A DNA stretch of 64,000 nt from Thermodesulfobacteriota bacterium (lineage in GTDB: Bacteria; Desulfobacterota_D; UBA1144; Nemesobacterales; Mycalebacteriaceae): NCBI GenBank assembly GCA_965205855.1, contig OZ242184.1, positions 384,001-448,000 on the forward strand, read 5' to 3'. A program made the translations under genes and the position numbers. Below are positions 1 through 9,969 of this stretch, piece by piece (positions within the stretch are counted from its first letter, which is position 1; every line of letters begins with the position of its first letter). The notes under the pieces are model-generated. The model was not told where the DNA came from and searched no databases. It was given only the letters and a program-made list of their open reading frames with translations.

Positions 1-34
1 AGGAAATAATCAACAAAAACGGAGGTGTCAAAAA

Positions 35-916
35 GTGAAAAAAAACGCTCTTGGTAAAGGGTTGGAATCCCTTATCGGGGATGAAATCGATGTTCCCCGC
101 GGACATCTTTCCCTGCCGGTCGGCAGGCTGATTCCCGGCGCGGGGCAGCCGAGGAAAAACTTCAACGAAAAGTCGATAGAGGAACTTGCGGACTCAATCA
201 GGGAGAAGGGGCTTATTCAGCCGCTGATTGTGAGAAAGCACGGGGAGAAATACGAGATAATCGCCGGAGAGAGGAGATGGAGAGCGGCGCAGCGCGCCGG
301 GCTTCGTGAGGTTCCCGTGATTGTCCGCGAAATGGCGGACGGCGACGCGTTTGAAATCGCCCTTATTGAGAACATACAGCGCAAGGATTTGAATCCCGTT
401 GAGGAAGCGCTTGCTTATGAAAAACTTATATCCGAGTTTGATCTGACACACGAGGAGGTTTCCAAGCGTGTTGGTAAAAGCCGGGTGGCAATTACAAACC
501 AGTTGCGTCTTTTGAGGCTTCCGGACGCCGCGCGCGTCGCATTGATAAACGGGGATCTGTCAACCGGGCACGCGAGAGCGATACTCGGTTTAAAACCCGG
601 CGCGGATGGGGCGCGTGTTGCTCTGAAAGTGGTGCGCGGGGATATGTCCGTCAGGCAGACGGAAAGTCTTGTCAAAAGAATCAACTCTTCGCAATCTTCC
701 GACCAAAAAGTTTCACAGACGGACGACATATCCATCAAACGCGCCGAGTGGACAATGCGCGATAGGCTGGGGACAAAAGTCATGATAGAGGGGGGCTTGA
801 AGAAAGGCAGGATAGTCATCAAGTATTCTTCGGCGGAGGAGCTTGAAAGGCTATCTTTTGAGATAGGCAGCGGTTTGCACACGGCGGGTGGTTCCGCAAA
901 GAAGGTTTTTGAATGA
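35..916 (+). CDS. parB: Chromosome partitioning protein ParB/Spo0J
   Basis: N-terminal ALGKGLESLI, QPRK, IIAGERRWRAA box, LIENIQRKDLNPVEEA, HTH; GTG start with GGAGG upstream. Confidence 0.97.
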   Translation: MKKNALGKGLESLIGDEIDVPRGHLSLPVGRLIPGAGQPRKNFNEKSIEELADSIREKGLIQPLIVRKHGEKYEIIAGERRWRAAQRAGLREVPVIVREMADGDAFEIALIENIQRKDLNPVEEALAYEKLISEFDLTHEEVSKRVGKSRVAITNQLRLLRLPDAARVALINGDLSTGHARAILGLKPGADGARVALKVVRGDMSVRQTESLVKRINSSQSSDQKVSQTDDISIKRAEWTMRDRLGTKVMIEGGLKKGRIVIKYSSAEELERLSFEIGSGLHTAGGSAKKVFE

Positions 917-1188
917 AAACCTTTGAAGTGAAAATTGAAATTCGTCCTGCAAAGGGCGTGCTTGATCCTCAGGGCAAGGCGATTCTTTCCGCACTTGGAA
1001 ATTTGGGGTTCGGAGGGGTTTTGTCTGTCACATCGGGAAAACTCATAGAGTTGACGGTGGAGTCTCAGGACAAAAGCGCCGCGGAGAAAAATGTCCGCGC
1101 GATGTGCTCCGCAATTCTTGCAAATCCGGTCATAGAGGTTTTTTCAATAGATGTGAAACCGGCGGAGGCGAAAACCGGCGGTGGTTGA
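913..1188 (+). CDS. purS: Phosphoribosylformylglycinamidine synthase subunit PurS
   Basis: GVLDPQGKAI and LANPVIE motifs; ATGA overlap with parB stop. Confidence 0.96.
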   Translation: MKTFEVKIEIRPAKGVLDPQGKAILSALGNLGFGGVLSVTSGKLIELTVESQDKSAAEKNVRAMCSAILANPVIEVFSIDVKPAEAKTGGG

Positions 1189-1876
1189 GTTCGGAGTGGT
1201 TGTTTTTCCGGGTTCAAACTGTGATGCGGACTGCGAAAAAGCCGTTAAAAGGCTTGGTTACGGTGGCGTCCGCATCTGGCATGAGGAAACCTCCCTTCGC
1301 GGAATTGACTGCATTATAATTCCGGGAGGTTTTTCATACGGCGATTACTTGAGAACCGGCGTTATGGCTTCCGTTTCACCCGTGATGGAAAGCGTAAAAA
1401 AATTCGCGCGCGAAGGAAAACCCGTAATCGGAATATGCAACGGGTTTCAAATCCTTGTCGAAAGCGGACTTTTACCGGGAGCGTTTACAAGAAACGCGTC
1501 CCTGAAGTTCGTCTGCAAATGGACATACGTGCGCGTTGAAAATACCGACACGCCTTTTACGGCGGCTTTTAAGCTCGGTGATGTTCTGCAAACTCCCGTT
1601 GCGAACGGTGAGGGGGCTTTCTTCTGCTCCGAAGACGAACTCGGAGAGATTGAGCGTAAGAAACAAGTTGTTTTCAGGTATTGCTCGGAAAGCGGCGAAG
1701 CGGCTCCCGGAGCCAATCCCAACGGCTCGGTTTCGGACATTGCCGGAGTTTGCGGAGGCGGCGGAAATATAATCGGAATGATGCCCCATCCCGAAAGATG
1801 TTGCAATGAGATTTTAGGTGGAACAGACGGGGCCGGGATTTTTGAGTCGGTTGCGGAGTTTGTCTCACGCGGGTGA
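1181..1876 (+). CDS. purQ: Phosphoribosylformylglycinamidine synthase glutaminase subunit PurQ
   Basis: VVFPGSNCD, PGGFSYGDYLR, GICNGFQIL, NPNGS, MMPHPER. Confidence 0.97.
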   Translation: MVEFGVVVFPGSNCDADCEKAVKRLGYGGVRIWHEETSLRGIDCIIIPGGFSYGDYLRTGVMASVSPVMESVKKFAREGKPVIGICNGFQILVESGLLPGAFTRNASLKFVCKWTYVRVENTDTPFTAAFKLGDVLQTPVANGEGAFFCSEDELGEIERKKQVVFRYCSESGEAAPGANPNGSVSDIAGVCGGGGNIIGMMPHPERCCNEILGGTDGAGIFESVAEFVSRG

Positions 1877-2246
1877 GGTGTTTTTGCAGAAGATTATTTT
1901 GTTCCGGGAATTTCTATTTTTAAGTATGCGTTCAATAATACTGGATTTTATAAGTGGCAGACCCTAGTACGCAAGAGCAAACTGTCTGTAGTTTCCTCTA
2001 TCTTCTCCATGATTTTTTATGATAACTCTAGGTTGCGCTATGTAAGTAACTTACTCCCTATGTGATATCTCCTTCTTTATATTGTTTTCCACAGTTTAGT
2101 TAGACAGTATAGAATGCTACTTGAGCCCTCACAATGGGTTCCCCGGTTTCTGAAAACTTGTACAAACTCTTATGAGTTGACACCGCCGAATAGCGAATCG
2201 TACCTTATCCCGTCCGCTCCGGCCGTCTTTTACGATTGCTTCTTTT
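1877..2246. other. AT-rich intergenic segment with one DnaA-box-like 9-mer and short palindromes
   Basis: Visibly AT-richer than flanks, no credible long ORF; TTTTCCACA at 2085-2093; inverted repeats GTAAG-taa-CTTAC (2042-2054) and AACTC-ttat-GAGTT (2165-2178). Confidence 0.4.
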
Positions 2247-2279
2247 GTGTTATCTTCCAAAAAGCGGAGACTGTTTGAG

Positions 2280-2513
2280 ATGCCTGAAAAAGCCGACCAG
2301 TTTATAGACATTACCGATGAGGTGTGTCCGATGACTTCAATAAAAACAAAACTGAAATTGAAAAAGATGGAACCGGGCGGGGTGCTTGAGGTGCTTGTCA
2401 GAGAAGGGGAGCCGGTTGAAAACCTTCCCCGGACACTTGAGCGCGAGGGACACAGAATTCTTGAGGTAAGGAAAGAAGACAATTTCTATACAGTCAGGAT
2501 AAAGCGCGGCTGA
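2280..2513 (+). CDS. TusA/SirA-family sulfurtransferase (sulfur carrier)
   Basis: IDITDEVCPMT (CPxP-like motif), about 77 aa; start moved to ATG 2280 with GGAG at 2266-2269. Confidence 0.85.
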   Translation: MPEKADQFIDITDEVCPMTSIKTKLKLKKMEPGGVLEVLVREGEPVENLPRTLEREGHRILEVRKEDNFYTVRIKRG

Positions 2514-3454
2514 TGCGTGAATCCGCGGGTATGGAGAGATCTCTCGACAAATTTGTCCTGCGGTCAATAGTTGATTTTATTGGCAACACGCCGCTTATCA
2601 ATCTCGGCAAAGTTGCGAAGGACATTCCGGACGGCGTTGAGATTTACGCAAAAGCCGAATGGTTCAATCCCGGAGGCTCGGTTAAAGACCGCGCCGCTTT
2701 CAAGATGGTTTCCCATGCCGTCAAGTCGGGCGATTTGAAGAAGGGGCGAACAATAATGGATTCGTCATCTGGAAACACCGCCATAGCATACGCCATGATA
2801 GGCTCCACTCTGGAATTTCCGGTAACGATTGTCGCGCCGGAGAATATCAATCTGGAGCGGAAAAAAACCATTGAAGCATTCGGGGCGGAAATAGTTTATT
2901 CAGACCCTATAGAAGGCTCTGACGGGGCGATAATACTCGCGCAGAAAATCAAACGAGAGTCTCCCGAAAAATATTTTATGCCCGACCAATACAACAACCC
3001 GCTCAATCCGCTTGCCCATTATGAGACCACCGCCCCGGAGATATGGGAGCAGACAAACGGGCGTGTTACTCACTTTATAACCGGCGTGGGAACAAGCGGG
3101 ACCATTATGGGGGTTTCGCGTAGACTCAGAGAACTCAATCCCGAAGTTAAGACCTTTGCGGTAGAGCCGGTCGAGGTTCTTCACGGACTTGAGGGTCTCA
3201 AACATATGAAGACTTCAATAGTGCCGGGAATATATGACCCAACAGGATTTGACGGCACTTTGTTTGTTTCCACTGAAGACGCTTATGGAATGATGGAATT
3301 GGTTATGCGAACCGAGGGGTTGTTCATAGGACACTCTGGCGGCGCGGCGATTTACGCGGCGGTGCAAACCGCGAGCTCTCTTGAAACGGGCGTTATCGTA
3401 ACCGTGCTTCCAGACAGTGGATTCAGGTACTTAAGCGAGAGGCTGTGGTGGTAG
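2513..3454 (+). CDS. cysM: PLP-dependent cysteine synthase (CysM/CysK family)
   Basis: IGNTPL, NPGGSVKDR (PLP Lys), SSSGNTAI, GVGTSGT, PDSGFRYLS. Confidence 0.88.
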   Translation: MRESAGMERSLDKFVLRSIVDFIGNTPLINLGKVAKDIPDGVEIYAKAEWFNPGGSVKDRAAFKMVSHAVKSGDLKKGRTIMDSSSGNTAIAYAMIGSTLEFPVTIVAPENINLERKKTIEAFGAEIVYSDPIEGSDGAIILAQKIKRESPEKYFMPDQYNNPLNPLAHYETTAPEIWEQTNGRVTHFITGVGTSGTIMGVSRRLRELNPEVKTFAVEPVEVLHGLEGLKHMKTSIVPGIYDPTGFDGTLFVSTEDAYGMMELVMRTEGLFIGHSGGAAIYAAVQTASSLETGVIVTVLPDSGFRYLSERLWW

Positions 3455-3858
3455 AAATTTCAAAAGAGGCCTTTGAAAATATGAAGCTGTATGCCGAACG
3501 CGGCTATCCGGACGAAGTATGCGGCGTGATGACGGGCACGGACGGGATGATAAGAGAATCTGTGCCATGCCGTAATCTCAATACCGAACGGGCGTATGAC
3601 AGATACGAGCTTGACCCGCTGTCTTTTAATGAAGCCGATACCGCCGCGCGGAAAAAAAACCTTGCCATAGTCGGCATATATCACTCCCATCCCGACCATC
3701 CGGCGCGTCCTTCGGAAACGGACAGAGTAAAAGCGTGGCCCGGCTGGGGATATCTGATAATGTCAATTGAAAAAGGAGCGTTTAAGACCGCAACGCTCTG
3801 GTATTTGAATGAAAAAACCGGACAATTTAAAAAGAGCGATTTCTCGGTCGGCGATTAG
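3445..3858 (+). CDS. JAB/MPN+ (Mov34, Mec-like) metallo-isopeptidase
   Basis: YPDEVCG and YHSHPDHPARPSETD (E...HxH...S..D JAMM motif). Confidence 0.92.
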   Translation: MVVEISKEAFENMKLYAERGYPDEVCGVMTGTDGMIRESVPCRNLNTERAYDRYELDPLSFNEADTAARKKNLAIVGIYHSHPDHPARPSETDRVKAWPGWGYLIMSIEKGAFKTATLWYLNEKTGQFKKSDFSVGD

Positions 3859-3975
3859 GGAGATTTTGCCTGTCCGGCGGGATTTTCACCTTTCTTTCCG
3901 TTGTTGGCTTTTGTTAGAATAAGATGGGGTTTTTGCCCTTATTAATCAAAAAAACAGAGGTGAGGTAAAGTTACA

Positions 3976-5007
3976 GTGAGAAGGTTTTTTACATTTTTCG
4001 TGCTGATAATAGCCGCGGGGGCGGCTTGTTTTTTGTTTTTTCAACCCGTTTCAGTAACGGAAAAAACAGTCACGGCACCCGTGGCGAAGACCGAGCCGGA
4101 GACTTTTATTTTTACATACACAATCAACGGCGGGGATTCTTTGAGCCTGATAGCGCGGAGGTTTGGTATAAGCGCTGAAACAATCCTCAACGCCAACATC
4201 ATAAAAGACAGTGTCATATACAAAGATGACACTCTGGGCATACCGCTTGAGCTTTCCAGGCTTGTATCTTTGCACACCGTTGCCAAAGGTGAAAACCTTT
4301 CGTCAATAGCGAGAGATTACGGAACAACCGTGAAAAACATAATGAAACTCAACCGTATGAACAAAGACACGATTTTGGAGTCCGACAAAATTCTTGTTCA
4401 TGCAAGCGCCGAGCCTAACTCAAGATTTGTTGTGTTCACGGTCGGACACGGCGACACTGTGGCGGAAATCCTGCGCGCTTTCGGTATCAGAAAGGAGGAG
4501 ATTGAAAGACTCAACGCCTCCAATCCGGACTGGCATGAACCGGGTTCTTTTATTGCCGTGGATACCTTTGACTATTCCTACGCGGAACAAACGCGCGAAA
4601 GAATCCTGCAAACCGCCGAAGCGTATCTGGGCTCTCCCTACAAATACGGCGGAAATTCAACGGAAACCGGAATAGACTGCTCTGCTTATGTCAAAAAGGT
4701 TTTTTCCTTTTTTGGTGTTAATCTTCCCAGAACGGTCAGGACGATGCACAAGTATGCCGAAGGACGGTGGGTGCGTAAAGACCGTCTTGAAAAAGGAGAT
4801 TTGGTTTTCTTTGAGACCGACAGACCTTTTCCGTCTCACATAGGGATATACATGGAGAAGGGCAATTTTATACACGCTTCATCCGTGCGCGGAAGGGTGG
4901 TTGTATCAAATCTTGGCGAGCCTTACTATACAAAAACCTATATCGGGGCAAAAAGAATCTATCTGCGAGACTCCTTCGCTTCGGCGGATACGCAAAAGGC
5001 TCAATAA
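3976..5007 (+). CDS. LysM-repeat NlpC/P60 peptidoglycan endopeptidase
   Basis: N-terminal TM/signal; three LysM-like repeats (YTINGGDSL, HTVAKGENL, FTVGHGDTV); YLGSPYKYGG-GIDCSAYV, SHIGIY, FIHAS. Confidence 0.92.
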   Translation: MRRFFTFFVLIIAAGAACFLFFQPVSVTEKTVTAPVAKTEPETFIFTYTINGGDSLSLIARRFGISAETILNANIIKDSVIYKDDTLGIPLELSRLVSLHTVAKGENLSSIARDYGTTVKNIMKLNRMNKDTILESDKILVHASAEPNSRFVVFTVGHGDTVAEILRAFGIRKEEIERLNASNPDWHEPGSFIAVDTFDYSYAEQTRERILQTAEAYLGSPYKYGGNSTETGIDCSAYVKKVFSFFGVNLPRTVRTMHKYAEGRWVRKDRLEKGDLVFFETDRPFPSHIGIYMEKGNFIHASSVRGRVVVSNLGEPYYTKTYIGAKRIYLRDSFASADTQKAQ

Positions 5008-5012
5008 AAAAA

Positions 5013-5924
5013 ATGGACAAAAAGGAAATAGAAAACGCGACGAGAAGTTTCCGCAGGCATCTGGAATACGAGAGGAACCTGTCTGCCAATACGGTGCGCG
5101 CCTATATGACCGACATCGGGCAGTTTTCGGATTTTCTCCTCAAAAACGGACTCAGCCTGAACACAACCGGCGTCAGGGACATAAACCGGTACATTGGAAC
5201 CCGGTTTTCCGTCAATTCAAAAACTTCAACGGCAAGAAAGCTGGCGGCGTTGAGGACTTTTTTCAGATTCCTCAATGTTGAGAAGATAACGGCAAACAAT
5301 CCGGCGAAAATTGCCTCTGTTCCGAGGATGTCGAAACACCTTCCCTCTTTTCTTTCCGTGGATGAGATTGACGCGCTTTTGAGAATCATAGGTTCAAAAG
5401 ACAACCGGTTCTTTATCAGAGACAGCGCGATGTTTGAGCTTGCTTATTCTTGCGGATTAAGAGTCAGCGAGCTTGTCTCGGTAACTCTTGATGACATTGA
5501 CTTTGAACAATCCGAAGTCAGGGTTTTCGGCAAAGGTGCCAAACAGAGAGTGATTCCCCTCGGCTCAAAAGCCGCCGCCGCAATTATGGAATATATGTCG
5601 GTAAGGCTAGAGTTTAAGCCCAAAACCGACCGTGTGTTTATCGGTTCAAAAGGAACCGGCATAACTTCAAGGAGTGTTGCGAGAATCCTTAAACACCACG
5701 CCTTGAAAGCTGGAATAAACAAGAATGTCAGCCCTCATACTCTCAGACATAGTTTTGCGACTCACCTTCTCGCCTCCGGAAGCGTCAAGGAGGGTAAAAA
5801 AGACAGACTCAGGGCCATACAGTTGATGCTTGGACACTCAAGTCTCTCTTCCACACAAAAATACACACATATATCTGTTGAACAGTTGATGAGCATATAT
5901 GACACTACTCATCCGAGGGCTTAA
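5013..5924 (+). CDS. xerC: Tyrosine recombinase XerC
   Basis: YSCGLRVSEL, GKGAKQR, HTLRHSFATH, LGHSSLSSTQKY; standard position upstream of hslVU. Confidence 0.9.
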   Translation: MDKKEIENATRSFRRHLEYERNLSANTVRAYMTDIGQFSDFLLKNGLSLNTTGVRDINRYIGTRFSVNSKTSTARKLAALRTFFRFLNVEKITANNPAKIASVPRMSKHLPSFLSVDEIDALLRIIGSKDNRFFIRDSAMFELAYSCGLRVSELVSVTLDDIDFEQSEVRVFGKGAKQRVIPLGSKAAAAIMEYMSVRLEFKPKTDRVFIGSKGTGITSRSVARILKHHALKAGINKNVSPHTLRHSFATHLLASGSVKEGKKDRLRAIQLMLGHSSLSSTQKYTHISVEQLMSIYDTTHPRA

Positions 5925-6473
5925 ATGGCCGGACGTATGACAGAAACATTTCACGGAACGACAATTCTCTGCGTTAGCAAAGACGGACTGACCGCCATGG
6001 GTGGCGATGGGCAGGTTACTCTGGGGGATGTGTCGGTAAAACATACCGCGAAAAAGATAAGGAAGATTCATTCTGGCAAGGTCTGCGTGGGGTTTGCCGG
6101 TTCAACCGCGGACGCGATAACGCTTTTTGACAGGTTTGAGACAAAACTTGAGGAATTCGGCGGCAATCTCAAGCGCGCCGCTGTGGAGATGGGCAAGGAC
6201 TGGAGAACCGACAGAATTCTGCGCAGACTGGAGGCTCTTCTTGCCGTTGCCGACAGGGAAAATATGTTTATAATATCGGGCGCCGGGGATATTCTTGAGC
6301 CCGATGACGCCATAATAGCCATAGGGTCGGGAGGCGCGTATGCTAAAGCCGCGGCCCGGGCTCTTGTGGATTTTTCGCAGTTGAAGGCTGATGAGGTTGT
6401 TCGTAGTTCACTTTTGATAACCGCGGGAATTTGCATATATACAAACGATCAAATACGCATTGAGACTCTCTGA
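5925..6473 (+). CDS. hslV: ATP-dependent protease peptidase subunit HslV
   Basis: HGTTIL (N-terminal Thr nucleophile), [32 protein letters not shown]; start may be ATG 5937. Confidence 0.97.
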   Translation: MAGRMTETFHGTTILCVSKDGLTAMGGDGQVTLGDVSVKHTAKKIRKIHSGKVCVGFAGSTADAITLFDRFETKLEEFGGNLKRAAVEMGKDWRTDRILRRLEALLAVADRENMFIISGAGDILEPDDAIIAIGSGGAYAKAAARALVDFSQLKADEVVRSSLLITAGICIYTNDQIRIETL

Positions 6474-6475
6474 TA

Positions 6476-7843
6476 ATGACCGAGAAATCATTTTTTACCC
6501 CGCGCGAGATAGTTTCCGAACTTGACAAATACATAGTCGGGCAGGCAAAAGCCAAAAGGTCGGTTTCCATAGCCCTGAGAAACAGGTGGCGCCGCCAGAT
6601 GGTGAGCCCGGAAATGAGGGACGAGATAGTTCCCAAAAATATCCTTATGATAGGGCCCACGGGCGTGGGTAAAACGGAGATAGCCCGCAGGCTTGCCAAC
6701 CTTTCGCAGTCTCCCTTTATCAAGGTCGAGGCGTCAAAGTTCACCGAAGTCGGCTATATGGGAAGGGATGTTGAATCTATGGTGAGAGACCTTACGGAAA
6801 TAGCGATAAACATGGTCTCCGCCGAGGAAACAAAAGCGGTTATGTCAAAAGCCGAGAATCTTGCCGAGGAGAGGATGCTTGACCTTCTTCTGCCCGCGCC
6901 TTCCGGAGATTCCGAAAATGGCGGTCAAACAGGCCCGGAAACGGACTCTGCCCTCAGAGAGTCTGAAAAAAAGACCAAAGAAAAACTGAGAATTCTTCTG
7001 CGCAAGGGAAAACTGGATGATAAGACGGTCGAGTTTGAAGTCTCCGCGCCGGCAATGCCGTTTCAGATTCTCGGAACCCAGGGTGTTGACGATACAGACA
7101 TGAACATACCGGAAATGTTGAGCAGCCTTCTGCCCAAACAGACAAAAATGAGAAAGGTGGAAGTGCCAGCTGCAATGCAGATACTTATCAGGGAGGAATC
7201 CCAGAAACTTGTGGATATGGACAAGGTTGTCAAGCTTGCCATTGAGAGCGTTGAAAACACGGGAATTATATTTATTGACGAGATAGACAAAATCGCCGGC
7301 GGAAGATCAAATTCCGGCCCCGATGTTTCAAGAGAGGGCGTTCAGAGGGATTTACTGCCCATCATAGAGGGTTCAACTATTCATACCAAGCACGGAATGG
7401 TAAAGACCGACCATATTATGTTTATAGGGGCAGGGGCGTTTCATGTTTCCAAACCGTCGGACCTTATACCGGAGATTCAGGGGCGTTTTCCCATACGCGT
7501 TGAGCTTGACGCGCTTGGAAAACAAGAGATGATTAAGATACTTACCGAGACGAAAAACGCCCTTACCAAACAGTATGTCGCGTTGCTCAAGACCGAGGAT
7601 GTGACGCTTGTCTTCAAAAAAGACGCGATTGAGGAAATCGCCGCAACGGCAATGGAAGTGAACGAATCAACGGAAAACATCGGGGCGAGGCGTCTGCACA
7701 CCATACTTGAGACCATTTTGGATGACATATCCTTTGATGCTCCAGACATGTCCAAACGCAAAGTGGATATAGATTCGGAGTATGTCAGGGAGAAAATATC
7801 CTGCATTGTGGCAAACAAGGACTTGAGCAAGTACATACTTTAG
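6476..7843 (+). CDS. hslU: ATP-dependent protease ATPase subunit HslU
   Basis: [52 protein letters not shown]. Confidence 0.98.
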   Translation: MTEKSFFTPREIVSELDKYIVGQAKAKRSVSIALRNRWRRQMVSPEMRDEIVPKNILMIGPTGVGKTEIARRLANLSQSPFIKVEASKFTEVGYMGRDVESMVRDLTEIAINMVSAEETKAVMSKAENLAEERMLDLLLPAPSGDSENGGQTGPETDSALRESEKKTKEKLRILLRKGKLDDKTVEFEVSAPAMPFQILGTQGVDDTDMNIPEMLSSLLPKQTKMRKVEVPAAMQILIREESQKLVDMDKVVKLAIESVENTGIIFIDEIDKIAGGRSNSGPDVSREGVQRDLLPIIEGSTIHTKHGMVKTDHIMFIGAGAFHVSKPSDLIPEIQGRFPIRVELDALGKQEMIKILTETKNALTKQYVALLKTEDVTLVFKKDAIEEIAATAMEVNESTENIGARRLHTILETILDDISFDAPDMSKRKVDIDSEYVREKISCIVANKDLSKYIL

Positions 7844-7903
7844 GAAAGTCCGCGCGGGATCCGTGTTATATTTTACCCTTGTTACAACCCTGAGAAAATC
7901 CTT

Positions 7904-8773
7904 ATGAACAAAGCAAAAACCCTTGCCGAAGCGCTTCCTTATATAAAACAGTTTTACGGCAAAAACGTTATCGTCAAGTACGGCGGTAGCATTGTCGGCA
8001 AAGACCTCGCCGGTTTTGCAAGAGACATAGTGCTTATGAAGTTTGTCGGAATCAAACCGATTGTGGTTCACGGCGGCGGAAGGCAGATACAGAAGGAGCT
8101 GGACACAAAAGGAATCGGGTCTGAATTTCTCTTCGGACTCAGGGTTACCGACAAGCGGACGATGAAAGTAGTTGAGAGGGTTCTTGCCGGGAGAATTAAC
8201 AGGCACATAGTTTCGGAGATAAACAAAAACGGAGCAAAGGCAGTTGGCATGAGCGGTGTTGACGGAAAAACAATAACCGTGAAAAAGGCCGATATTAAAA
8301 AGATAGCGAGGCAAAACGGCGCATCCGTTGACACCGATGCAGACCTCGGCATGGTCGGAGATATAACAAGGATAAACACCGCGTTGATACGGCGTTGTGA
8401 AAAATCGGGATGTATACCCGTTATCGCTCCGATAGGAACGGACGGGAAGGGTAGTTCATATAATGTCAACGCCGACCACGCCGCCGGGAAAGTGGCTTCG
8501 GCTCTGAAAGCGGAAAAACTTATAATGCTCACCGATGTGACCGGAATCAAAGGCAAAAATGGCCGCCTTATTCATTCTCTCACTTTCAGGCAGGCGGCGA
8601 AACTTATAAAGGAAGGGGTGATTTCAAAAGGAATGCATCCGAAAACGACATGCTGCGTGGAAGCCATTTCCGAGGGCGTGCGCAAGGCGCACATAATAGA
8701 CGGGCGCACCGACCACGCTCTTATACTTGAGATATTTACCAACGCCGGAATTGGAACCGAGATAAAAAAATGA
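7904..8773 (+). CDS. argB: Acetylglutamate kinase
   Basis: EALPYI, VKYGG, VVHGGG, YNVNAD, LTDVTG, GIGTEI. Confidence 0.96.
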   Translation: MNKAKTLAEALPYIKQFYGKNVIVKYGGSIVGKDLAGFARDIVLMKFVGIKPIVVHGGGRQIQKELDTKGIGSEFLFGLRVTDKRTMKVVERVLAGRINRHIVSEINKNGAKAVGMSGVDGKTITVKKADIKKIARQNGASVDTDADLGMVGDITRINTALIRRCEKSGCIPVIAPIGTDGKGSSYNVNADHAAGKVASALKAEKLIMLTDVTGIKGKNGRLIHSLTFRQAAKLIKEGVISKGMHPKTTCCVEAISEGVRKAHIIDGRTDHALILEIFTNAGIGTEIKK

Positions 8774-9969
8774 GCAATAAAGCAATATCGGCAACCGATA
8801 CAAACTCAATGGACACATACAGGCGTTTTCAAATTGTCGTCCGTAAAGGCGAAGGAGCATGGCTGTGGGATACCGGCGGGAAAAAATATCTGGACTTCAC
8901 TTCGGGAATAGCGGTAACAACTCTTGGGCATTCCCATCCAGCCGTTCTGAGTGCGGCAAAAAAACAGATGGACAATCTTGTCCATACTTCAAATCTTTTC
9001 TATACCGAGCCTCAGGCACGTCTTGTCTCGCTTCTTACCGGATGCTCCTTTGCGGACAAGGTGTTTTTGTGTAACAGTGGAACCGAGGCATCCGAGGGGG
9101 CGATAAAACTTTCAAGAAAATGGGCCACGGAAAACGGGCGTGAACCGGTGGTAATTTGCGCTTCGGGATCTTTTCACGGCAGGACTCTCGGGGCGCTCGG
9201 AGCGACAAGCGGGGAGACTTACCGCAAAGGTTTTGAGCCTCTTCCGCAAGGGTTTGTTTTTGTTCCCTACGGTGATGCTCAACAAATTGAGGAGGCGATG
9301 AAAAAACACCGTGCCTGCGCGTTTATGGTTGAACCCATACAGGGGGAAAACGGCGTGATTATTCCGCCGGACGGATATCTGTCGGACGTGCGCGGAATCT
9401 GCTCTGATGAGGGGGCTTTGCTTGTGCTTGACGAAATTCAGACGGCAATGGGCAGAACGGGGAAGATGTTCTGTTACGAGCATTACGGAGTCGAGCCGGA
9501 TATTGCCGTAATCGCGAAAGGTCTCGGAGGGGGAATACCGTGCGGAGCCATTATTGCCGCAAAAGAGGTCGCACGGCACTTTACGGCCGGCTCCCACGGA
9601 AGCACTTTTGGCGGCGGCCCTTTCGCGTCCGCCTGCGCGGCGGCGGTGATAGAGGAAGTTCTCCGTTCTTCCCTCGCGGAGAACGCGCGCAAACGTGGAG
9701 AACAGCTTTTAAGCGGCCTGCGCGGCGCGGATGTTGAGTCCGGCACGGTGAAAGAGGCTAGGGGCAAAGGGCTGATGGTCGGGCTTGAGTTCACATTGCC
9801 TGAGGTGGCAAAGAAGGTTGTCAATCTTTGTGCGGAAAAAGGTTTACTGACGATTCTGACCGCGGGGAGCGTTATGAGAATGCTGCCGCCGCTGATTGTC
9901 AGCGAAGAACAGGTACAGTTTGCGCTTTTAACAATAGAGAAATCCGTAAGAGAGGTTTTAAGTCAATGA
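8770..9969 (+). CDS. argD: Acetylornithine aminotransferase
   Basis: Class III aminotransferase motifs YLDFTSGIAV, NSGTEA, SFHGRT, EPIQGE, DEIQT, AKGLGGG, HGSTFGG; lies between argB and argF. Confidence 0.94.
   Translation: MSNKAISATDTNSMDTYRRFQIVVRKGEGAWLWDTGGKKYLDFTSGIAVTTLGHSHPAVLSAAKKQMDNLVHTSNLFYTEPQARLVSLLTGCSFADKVFLCNSGTEASEGAIKLSRKWATENGREPVVICASGSFHGRTLGALGATSGETYRKGFEPLPQGFVFVPYGDAQQIEEAMKKHRACAFMVEPIQGENGVIIPPDGYLSDVRGICSDEGALLVLDEIQTAMGRTGKMFCYEHYGVEPDIAVIAKGLGGGIPCGAIIAAKEVARHFTAGSHGSTFGGGPFASACAAAVIEEVLRSSLAENARKRGEQLLSGLRGADVESGTVKEARGKGLMVGLEFTLPEVAKKVVNLCAEKGLLTILTAGSVMRMLPPLIVSEEQVQFALLTIEKSVREVLSQ

Noticed and set aside
2060-2077. Minus-strand AAGAAGGAGATATCACAT resembling the T7 g10 ribosome-binding site (vector contamination?)
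   Set aside because: No ATG follows and there is no other vector sequence; probably chance in a purine-rich stretch.
5013-5924. Tyrosine recombinase as the integrase of a mobile element
   Set aside because: It has XerC size and motifs in the conserved xerC-hslV-hslU context, with no att repeats, tRNA or cargo genes seen.
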